NCBI RefSeq assembly: GCF_006345805.1
Contig: NW_021828479.1
Location: forward strand, 1-8,393
Origin: Octopus sinensis
Taxonomy: Eukaryota
Direction of reading: 5' to 3'
DNA length: 8,393 nt
A program made the position numbers and the translations under genes. Position 1 is the stretch's first letter, and every line of letters begins with the position of its first letter. The notes beneath the pieces are model-generated. The model saw only the letters and a list, made by a program, of their open reading frames with translations, was not told the origin of the DNA and ran no database searches. Below, in pieces: positions 1-7,358 of this stretch.

Positions 1-410
1 ATCTGGAAGATCCTGGAAGGACTTGCCACAGACTTTGGCGTTGAAAAGTTATCTAAACGCCAGAACATGGCGCCATTGTATAATGCCTAAAACCTCTCCT
101 TTGCCATCAAAATACAGGACAAGATACTGCAATAGGTTGGGAGTCAAGGGCCCACAATTCTTCATTATCCTCCCGAAAGAATTGAGACACCTACATGGAG
201 TGGATGTAGGTGACATCAAAGCTAAAATGGATTTCCTACTGTCAGGAGTTCCCGGTAAGGTAACTTCACGACAGAGAATCAGAAATGAGGGCAGCACCAT
301 TAAACTTCATTCACCGAATGACAACTATTAAAGGAGGGTTAATGAACGTATGGGAACACCGGTTGGCGGTGCCACAGCATGGCCACAATCCTTGAGCTGA
401 AGCTAAAAAC
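1..410 (+). mobile_element. 3' end of a decayed non-LTR retrotransposon (CR1/L2-group LINE): post-RT C-terminus, short 3' UTR, stem-loop and A-rich end
   Basis: Frame 1 from base 1 reads IWKILEGLATDFGVE. After a frameshift near 45 it continues SYLNARTWRHCIMPK...RYCNRLGVKGPQFFIILPKELRHLHGVDVGDIKAKMDFLLSGVP, resembling the WKILEGL and GP.LFN.LP..LR.....F...LD..L motifs of CR1/L2-group ORF2 C-termini. A second shift near 280 gives MRAAPLNFIH. A stem-loop at 364-385 is followed by an A-rich end. Clade assigned by motif recall. Confidence 0.75.
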
Positions 411-746
411 GAAATATATACGTGTATATTGTTGAATGGATGTATGTACTTTGTACATTATGTATGTATATTGAAAAGCGTTATTAGTTCTGCTTGCAAA
501 ACAATTGTGTCAGCTACATTAGAACAACTGATCTTTTATCACGTGACTGTGTTCTCTTTGATTGTTTCCCAAGAGTTTTGATACATTGCATACCATTAAT
601 GATGTACAGACACAAAGGGACTGAAGTTTGTTGTTGTTTCTCTCTGTTTGACACCTAGAACCAGACCCAGGCAGAAGGTACTGAACAATGCAAGCAGACG
701 ACATATATTCTTTACTAAAAAGATGTTAAGATAAGGAAAGTAACCC

Positions 747-748
<2 letters not shown>

Positions 749-825
<77 letters not shown>

Positions 826-872
826 CTATCTGTCTATCTCTCTCTCGCTCTCTCTCACACACACCTATATAT
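749..872. repeat. Compound microsatellite (TC)n-(TATC)n-(TC)/(CA)/(TA)
   Basis: Pure (TC)n at 749-806, then TATC units to about 838, then short TC, CA and TA runs. Confidence 0.98.
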
Positions 873-908
873 ATCCCAATAATATTAGATTTAACATTGA
901 AGTTACAG

Positions 909-1065
909 GACTCAACAGTTACCCTGTGCAGTTGTTATTCTTGTCGATCTTAATTCTCCTTTAACTGATCCAGTTATAAGTTCACATGAATCCTTCAGGG
1001 AAGATGAAATCAAATATCACCAGTTGAAAATACCTCCAGGCAGCCCTCAAGGGGATACACTTTTG
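909..1065 (+). CDS. Candidate coding exon of an unidentified host gene (5' boundary uncertain)
   Basis: Stop-free frame from 901 reads TQQLPCAVVILVDLNSPLTDPVISSHESFREDEIKYHQLKIPPGSPQGDTLL. Possible acceptors precede 909, 919, 932 and 974. A weak donor TTG|GTTTAT at 1066 is phase 0 and is followed by T-rich intron-like sequence. The phase matches the exon at 8268. Confidence 0.35.
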
Positions 1066-1167
1066 GTTTATATCGTTCCTATTGTTTATTTATATATTTT
1101 ATTAAATTTTCTGTTTTCTCTTTACTGGAGAACTTAACCTTTGTTATCTAAAATGCATTTAATCCGC

Positions 1168-1197
1168 TGTTGTTGTTGTTATTGTTGTTGTTGTTGT
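1168..1197 (-). repeat. (CAA)n tail of the adjacent minus-strand retrotransposon
   Basis: (TGT)n on the + strand, about 85 nt downstream of the element's stop codon at 1285-1287. Confidence 0.85.
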
Positions 1198-1920
1198 ATG
1201 ACAACTCACAGCTTATTTTGTTGGGTATGATGGAAAGTGTCAGCTGTCCACAGCCAGCAGGCTAAAGTGACACTTGTGTACTGGTCATGCTTCAAGAACC
1301 ATGCGAAGAAGAATTCTCGCAGCTCAAAGCAGTACTGATTTTTGTAGGTGTTCTACCTTCACACTTGCACTTTTTCAGCCATGTTGGTAGTTGAGTTCTG
1401 ATACTTCCAAGTGCACCAATTATTATTGGTATCACGTCTACTATCCTCATTGACCACATTCTTCGTATTTCCCACTTGAAATTGTCATAGTTGTTTATTT
1501 TATCTTCTTCTTTCACATTGATCCTGGTGTCAGTGGGGCATGCTATATCGATTATCACGTGTTTTTTCGCTTTTATTCACCACCATCCGGTTTCCGATGT
1601 CTGGTCGGGTGATCGCACTGGATCATTCCATCCCACAGGATTTTGCAATTCTCATTCTCGGTGATTCCTTCTGGGGTTTGATCATACCACGTCTTTGCTC
1701 TTTGTAGTTCCCAATGGATCATTCTTGCCACATTGTCATGGCGTCTTTTGTATTAGTGTTGTGACAATTTTGGGCATTCGCTAACGATGTACTATACCGT
1801 TTCATCCCTCTCACCACACTTTCTGCATTTGTCGCCATCGGTAGTGTTGTCTATTCTGCACTTCATATAGTTGGTCCTTAATGCTTGTTCCTGAGCTGCG
1901 CATATGAGTGCTTCTGTCTC
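1168..1920 (-). mobile_element. 5'-truncated, decayed R4/Dong-like non-LTR retrotransposon (CCHC zinc knuckle plus restriction-like endonuclease), copy E1
   Basis: Minus strand reads ETEALICAAQEQALRTNY...CRKCGERDETV*YIVSECPKLSQH*YKRRHDNVARMIHW...ILWD...RKPD, then after frameshifts IIDIACPTDTRINVKEEDKINNYDNFKWEIRRMW...VIPIIIGALG and LQKSVLL*AARILLRMVLEA*. Knuckle at 1813-1827, RHD at 1735-1743, PD at 1585-1590. Stops and frameshifts show it is inactive. Confidence 0.88.
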
Positions 1921-1940
1921 TATCGTTGAAAGCACATGTA

Positions 1941-2060
1941 TTTCCTCTCTCTCTCTCTCTCTCTTTCTCTGCCCCTCTGTCATTTTACCACCATTCTCAA
2001 TGTCTCTCTGCCTGTCTCTCCGTTTGTCTCTCACTCTCTTTCCCTCTATCACTTTCTTCA
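1941..2060. repeat. (CT)n microsatellite and CT-rich low-complexity tract
   Basis: (CT)n at 1945-1963, then degenerate pyrimidine-rich sequence. Confidence 0.9.
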
Positions 2061-2066
2061 CTACTA

Positions 2067-2116
2067 TATTAATATTATTAATTATTATTAATTATCATCA
2101 TCATCATTATTATATT

Positions 2117-2151
<35 letters not shown>

Positions 2152-2201
2152 TCATCATTATTATTATTATTATTATTAATTATTATTATTATTATTATTA
2201 T
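2067..2201. repeat. Compound trinucleotide microsatellite (ATT)n/(ATC)n
   Basis: Visible ATT and ATC arrays, read as (TAA)n/(TGA)n on the minus strand. Source of the poly-I/H/Y ORF 1904-2179. Confidence 0.97.
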
Positions 2202-3185
2202 CCTTTAATATTGCTTCATTTAGCAACTCCTGCTGATTGACAGCCAAATACTTAGGGCTGGTATTGCCATGTAATGTTGACATTTCACATTGTAATGCAA
2301 ATATAAAAACATAAAATTAATTTAGATTAAGTTTATAGAACATAAATTTAAACGGTTATACAAAAGAAGAGAATTCATTATTAATTATTTTGTATTACAA
2401 AAATAAAAAGCGCGTGTAAAACGTAAGTTGTGATGTTGACGATGTTTTTAACTTCATAAATGTTTACCAGGAATGTTTTCGAAAAACTCAAGCTTTTCTT
2501 TATTATTTCACCGGCACTAATTACAACTGGAGTTGTTTGTATTTTCGGTTACCACACTCTACTAATCTCGAGTTTTTGATTTTTGTACTTCGCAAATTTG
2601 TCTCATTTTTTATCAGCTGACATTTCTGTCAGATGTTATTGTCGTTTCAATGAGCAGGAATGTTAAAATATGCCACCTCATTGACATGGATTTTAAAAAT
2701 ATTTTTTATAAATTGTTAGCGATTATATCAGGCCAATTGGCGTTTCCGGTGCGTTTTGTGTGGAGTGTAAAATCCCTTAAAAATGTTGTGGCTTTCGCTT
2801 CAATTACTGGTAGCGGATATTCATAGAAGTTTTCAGCATGAACTGTACTATAATATTTGCATAGTATCCAGTGAATGTATTGGCCAAACCAATCCTGCTT
2901 AGCTTTTTATTCAGCTGGGGCCAAAACGGAGCACCGAGGTCAACCGTCTTCTCTCGTTTGTCATTTATTCTGCATTTGGGGTTTGCTCCACTTTTGAGGA
3001 TGTCTACTTGATAGCTTTGGTCTCTTGCAACAAGGATGAATGTCTTCTGTTTCTGCTTATAACTCTAAGCTTCGCAGTCACTGAAGAGGTTTGCAGTTGG
3101 TCAAAATCAGTATCCTTAGTACGAAAGAGGTATGGACCGTAGAGAAGATTTTACTGCCAGCTACCTCTAAGAGTTTTAAGGCCAC
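2202..3185 (-). mobile_element. Older, heavily decayed R4/Dong-like RLE retrotransposon fragment, copy E2 (different family from E1)
   Basis: Minus strand with frameshifts: ALKTLRGSWQ*NLLYGPYLFRTKDTDFDQ, LRSLEL*AETE, FILVARDQSYQVDILKSGANPKCRINDKREKTVD, CSVLAPAE*KAKQDWFGQYIHWILCKYY, FLRDFTLHTKRTGNANWPDII, FLLIE...SDRNVS, KFAKYKNQKLEISRVW...TPVVISAG, ENIPGK, YEVKNIV...YVLHAL. The domain order matches E1. Coding homology ends near 2405; extension of the 3' UTR to the (TAA)n array at 2201 is inferred. Confidence 0.78.
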
Positions 3186-3187
3186 GC

Positions 3188-3780
3188 GGTCCCCTGTCAG
3201 ACACCTCGCTTTATCGCAATGGGCTTGCTACGTATGGCTCCAATCGTAAGTATGGTAGAACACCCGTCATGCAACCCTTTTACCAGACTGATCAAGTGCT
3301 CATGGAGCCACGTTTATACGAAGATATTTAAAAGTGTCCTCAAGATCCAGTTCTTATTTTGTTGTGTCTTGGCCAATTTTGATGGCTGATGACTTATGCA
3401 GATCAGATGAATATTATTCGTCTCTAATATACCATGAACATACAACTGCGACATTATGCGCCAAATCTACATTTTTTCCATGAACGAAGACCTCCGACAG
3501 CATCATAAGTGGGATCATACTGAAGCCTCGTGTCTATTCATCTTGACAGCGGAAAACAAAACCTCTCGGGCATTACATAAAATAGCACCGCAGGCACCCC
3601 GCCCTGAATATGTGTGATACTCAGCTAGATTCCTTCCCAGTGGCTCCACTGCGGAGCTTCACCATTAGAGAGGATTTCTCCAGGTGAAAGTTCATCCTTA
3701 GTATGGTTAAGACTGCATCCTAAAAAGTATCATTTCCCTTCAGGGCCTGCAGATATTTCAGAGCCCAAGCTCCTAGCTAG
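3188..3780 (-). mobile_element. Decayed N-terminal half of a non-LTR reverse transcriptase (R2-group-like)
   Basis: Minus strand shows SAGPEG (3736-3753, like PGPDG of domain 0), LSR*IDTRL, LDLEDTF (like LD..AF) and LHEHLISLVKGLHDGCSTILTIGAIRSKPIAIKRGV*QG (ending about 3191, like RGVRQGDP). About 180 codons separate domain 0 from the QG motif, as expected for a non-LTR RT. Only the last block is a strong match. Confidence 0.6.
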
Positions 3781-4925
3781 AGATAAACAAGAAATGACTG
3801 AATGAAAGCAAAAATATTCCGCAAAAGTGAAGGCTAAAGGTAATAACTTCATAAATAGCAATATATCCTTTTCATTTGAAGCATAAAATTGTTGTTGCTG
3901 GGACATTTTTTAAAAAGAAATCCACAAGAAAAATATAAATATAGACGAATACATTGAGTCCGACTGGCCTCTGCACTGTTTGTGGAATCTGAAGATTAGG
4001 AGAAAATACTAGCCGTAAACTCAAACATAACCTGAAGGAATTTGTTGTCTTATAAAGCAAGTTAAGGACATGTCTGTTTGTGGCAGATATAACTACAATC
4101 GATGTGTCAAAAAAAAAAAAAGAAGCAATATAAGAAGAGAATACATCTAAGAGTCAGTGATGAGATGTTTACAGCCTGTATACATAAACTACAAACTTAC
4201 TCTTCTTTTAGTCATTAATGGATCACGATGTGACAGGCGCTTTTCGTTTCCGACAATGTGAAACGACGGGACGACGATAATCTTAGTCAAGAGAAATTTA
4301 AGCCACCATGGGTGGTCCTCGCATTTATCAAGGGACTTCTCTCGTTCGGATCATCCTAGGTTAGCGGAAAGATAAGACCACTTCTCAGCCTGAGAGAGAC
4401 AGCCGGGTGCAGTGAGTGCACCAAGAGTCGACAATGTTATACTCAAAAGCTTGATGGGGACTCGGTCCATTTGTAGGTTTAGTGGTTGGCTGCTGTCATC
4501 TTATTATGTTCATCGATCCTAGTAAATAGGTATTGTTAGGTTCTTAGATTGTCTATCAAGCCTCCACACACCAGGGTGCGACCCCTCAAGGGTGTTACCG
4601 GCTTACTTGCCAAAGGACCGACCTTGGAACAGCTAACGCTTGCTTACGTGACCATCAGTAGAAGATAGTATTTCATATGTGAGCTAACGGATGGATCTTC
4701 AACAGCTATAGATGAACAAGAGATTGTGGGTGTATGGGAGATATGGATGGTCAAGTCGTATAACTATCCTTCGGGAATATGATATGATTGAATTTAGATA
4801 AACAACATCGTAACATCTCATAAATCTGAGATAACAACAATTGTATTGACGATAAAATTGTATCGCATTTTCCGAAATTTATAGAATGAAAATTTGTGGG
4901 AATGACGACCAAGTGTACGTACATT

Positions 4926-4969
4926 TGTGTGTGTGTGTGTGTGTATGTGTTTGTGTGTGTGTGTATGTG

Positions 4970-5020
<51 letters not shown>

Positions 5021-5239
5021 CGTGTAAGTGCGTGTGTGAATACATACACAAGCAGACACAGACACGTATATATAAGAACACATGAACACATTCATAGATA
5101 TTTACGTTTACACATCTATACATCTATCCCACGCAACACCACACACATACATACACATACATACGCACATGCACACACACATACATATTCATCCATATTC
5201 ATACATACATATATACATGTACGTATGTATGTATGTATA

Positions 5240-5272
<33 letters not shown>
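4926..5272. repeat. Compound microsatellite (TG)n, CA/TA-rich tract, (TATG)n/(TA)n
   Basis: Direct inspection. Source of the HT/CV/YI ORFs in the track. Confidence 0.95.
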
Positions 5273-5353
5273 GTAGGTCCCGGGTTGAGTCGGGGTTAAC
5301 CACAGTAAATAAGGTACTCAATACATAGCAGAGTAAATAATTTATTTTATAGA

Positions 5354-5408
5354 AGGAGCTTCTACAGGACTAGAACTGTTTCATTCAAAGAAATCATCAG
5401 GAGCTCCT
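5354..5408 (-). ncRNA. Hammerhead ribozyme motif, mirror copy on the - strand
   Basis: Core CUGAUGA 5400-5394, GAAAC 5382-5378, GUA 5365-5363. Stem I 5408-5401 pairs with 5362-5354. Identical to the + copy except for a 3-nt loop II. Confidence 0.7.
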
Positions 5409-5454
5409 GATGATTTCTTTTGAATGAAACAGTTCTAGTCCTGTAGAAGCTCCT
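5399..5454 (+). ncRNA. Hammerhead ribozyme motif (type I, PLE-like), + strand
   Basis: Stem I AGGAGCTC (5399-5406) pairs with GA[A]GCTCCT (5446-5454), 8 bp with one bulged A. Core CUGAUGA 5407-5413. Stem II is U.U plus TTC/GAA with a UUUU loop. GAAA 5426-5429. Stem III ACAG/CTGT with loop TTCTAGTC. Cleavage triplet GUA 5443-5445. Confidence 0.72.
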
Positions 5455-5466
5455 TCTATAAAATAA

Positions 5467-5468
<2 letters not shown>

Positions 5469-5521
<53 letters not shown>

Positions 5522-5635
5522 TATATAATTATATATTAATATATATACATATATATATATATATATGTATGTATGTATGTATTATATATACATAGATTTA
5601 TACGCATATGTGTGTGTGTGTGTGTGTGTGTGTAT
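5469..5635. repeat. (TA)n then (TG)n microsatellite
   Basis: Direct inspection. Confidence 0.96.
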
Positions 5636-5945
5636 GGTGTGTAAGTATATATATGTTGCGTATATTCACGTCTATACACTGACTAATATATACACCTACA
5701 AAGCAATACTACAGAATAAATGCCATCAGGTATTCAGGATGATATTTGTTCCAACGGTAGTTTAGTCTTTACACCAAACACAGATCTTTTCAACATCCGG
5801 TGGATTAAGTCCCTTCGACTTTAACGGATTAAACCTGACCAAAGCAACCAAACTCACTACTCCCCCCTCCCTCCACTCCCACACTACATTCCTATAAAAG
5901 CTACATTATTGCAGAGTCTTCATTATCGTTCATTCACTTTAACAC

Positions 5946-6021
5946 TTGTATTGTTTGTTGTATTTGTTGGTCTTGTTGCTACTGTTGTTGTTGTTTTTAT
6001 TGTAGTTGTTGTTGTTGTTGT
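5946..6021. repeat. Degenerate (TTG)n microsatellite
   Basis: Interrupted TTG/GTT array. Confidence 0.9.
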
Positions 6022-6111
6022 CTTTGCTCTTGACTTTTAAAAACGTTTCTTACTGAAGTTGTTCAGTAAAAGGAGACAAGGAAAGGGACAATAAGAACAG
6101 ACATAGTACAA

Positions 6112-6185
6112 ATATACATATATATACATATATATATATATAGAAAGATATATATATATATATATATATATAGATATATATATAA

Positions 6186-6257
<72 letters not shown>

Positions 6258-6346
6258 TATATCTATATATATATATATATATAGATATATATATATTATA
6301 ATATATATATATGTATATATATTAATATATATTATATATACATATA
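6112..6346. repeat. Long interrupted (TA)n microsatellite
   Basis: Direct inspection. Source of ORF 6037-6252. Confidence 0.97.
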
Positions 6347-6347
6347 C

Positions 6348-6762
6348 AGCGCAGGAGTGGCTGTGTGGTAAGTAGCTTGTTTACCAACCACATGGTTCCG
6401 GGTTCAGTCCCACTGCGTGGCACCTTGGGCAAGTGTCTTCTATTATAGCCTCGGGCCGACCAAAGCCTTGTAAGTGGATTTGGTAGACGGAAACTGAAAG
6501 AAGCCCGTCGTATATATGAATATATATATATATGCGTGTGTGTGTTTGTGTGTCTGTGTTTGTCCCCCTAGCATTGCTTGACAACCGATGCTGGTGTGTT
6601 TATGTCCCCGTCACTGAGCGGTTCGGCAAAAGAGGCCGATAGAATAAGTACTGGGCTTACAAAAGAATAAGTCCCGGGGTCGAGTTGCTCGATTAAAGGC
6701 GGTGCTCCAGCATGGCCGCAGTCAGGTGACTGAAACAAGTAAAGAGTAAAGAGTAAAGAGTA
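6348..6762 (+). mobile_element. tRNA-derived SINE with CORE-like segment, internal microsatellite and LINE-related tail
   Basis: Pol III A box TGGCTGTGTGG 6358-6368 and B box GGTTCAGTCCC 6401-6411. CACCTTGGGCAAGT at 6421-6434 resembles the start of the CORE-SINE domain. Internal (TA)/(TG) tract about 6511-6550. 3' stem-loop 6698-6717 and (GTAAAGA)x3 tail 6739-6762. It resembles from memory an abundant octopus SINE; not database-checked. Confidence 0.9.
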
Positions 6763-6853
6763 TATATACATGTGTGTGTATGTGTGTGTGTATGTGTGTG
6801 TGTGTGTGTGTGTATGTGTGTGTGTGTATGTGTGTGTGTGTGTGTGTGTGCGT
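6763..6853. repeat. (TG)n microsatellite with TA interruptions
   Basis: Direct inspection. Confidence 0.97.
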
Positions 6854-7358
6854 GTTTATAAGATCCAAGGATCAAAGTGTAGGAAGAATGTTAGCTTCAA
6901 GCATTGCGTAGTAAATATAAAAAAAAAACTTTCAGGGACAATAGTGGTTTATTGAGATGGAAGGTTGTGGATTTTTTTTATTATCGAAGTACGATACATT
7001 GAAAAATATTCTTTATATTTCACGGTAGGCAACCAGGGTTGCCGGGTATGCGAATAAGAAGACAAGAGTTAAGGAAATAAGTAGATAAGATCCAAGTTAC
7101 ATATGTTTCATAGCGAGCGGAACCTCTGAAGTGGTACATATCCAAGCGAGGTGTATACCACAGGCTAACACCGCTGGTCAACTAGTTATTTTCCCCACTT
7201 ATTATTGCATTCATCTAATTGAAAAAACGTACACACACGTGGAACCCAAAAAGATCACAAAAATGCACGCTTAAAGACTTAACGAACTTTTTCCCTTTTT
7301 CCGTTTTCTTTTCGTTTCCCTTTTTCTCCTATCTATATTCCTCCGATAAACTCTAAAT

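Larger units (their letters stand above)
5273..5467 (-). mobile_element. Probable Penelope-like element terminal fragment with an inverted partial duplication, inside a (TA)n array
   Basis: A 195-nt non-repetitive island between (TA)n tracts. The minus strand reads hammerhead core, then AATAAA, then a short tail. The last 63-64 nt are duplicated in inverted orientation. Terminal hammerheads and inverted terminal segments are known PLE features. No RT or GIY-YIG sequence is present, so the assignment is inferred. Confidence 0.55.
5341..5467. repeat. 127-bp loop-less palindrome (63/64-nt arms)
   Basis: 5341-5403 is the reverse complement of 5404-5467 except for one indel (AAA at 5387-5389 versus TTTT at 5418-5421). 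The centre is GAG|CTC. Confidence 0.98.

Noticed and set aside
49-300. ORF 49-300(-)
   Set aside because: Antisense shadow of the LINE coding remnant.
1039-1062. GSPQGDTL as an RT QG motif
   Set aside because: No flanking RT motifs and no SP.LF continuation. An exon reading fits better.
1792-2179. ORFs 1792-2061(-) and 1904-2179(+) as genes
   Set aside because: The first is a chance in-frame fusion of a GA-rich tract to the E1 fragment and stops at 1792. The second translates CT, ATT and ATC repeats.
2731-2753. Palindromic CCAAT plus E2F/ETS-like motifs (GGCCAATTGGCGTTTCCGG) as a promoter
   Set aside because: It lies within the RTGNANWPD coding remnant of E2 on the minus strand, so no promoter is needed to explain it.
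3386-3392. CTGATGA hammerhead core-like heptamer
   Set aside because: No stem II-GAAA or cleavage triplet follows, and it lies inside the RT remnant.
3872-4060. ORF 3872-4060(-) and a + strand CTVCG motif near 3971
   Set aside because: No recognisable domain, and the CxxC lacks downstream His/Cys ligands in frame.
4302-4364. Perfect Kozak GCCACCATGG inside the hairpin CCACC-ATG-GGTGG
   Set aside because: It opens only an 18-codon ORF with no other support, so chance is likely.
6348-6420. tRNA gene
   Set aside because: A and B boxes are present, but there is no full cloverleaf or terminator and the sequence runs into SINE body.
6333-6771. TATATATACAT on both sides of the SINE as a target-site duplication
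   Set aside because: Uninformative in a (TA)n context, and the left copy does not abut the SINE.
6381-6771. ORFs 6381-6584 and 6568-6771
   Set aside because: Antisense readings of the SINE.
4751-6955. ORFs rich in HT, CV or YI repeats (4751-5299, 5565-5765, 6037-6252, 6693-6955)
   Set aside because: These are translations of (CA)/(TG)/(TA) microsatellites, which lack stop codons in most frames.
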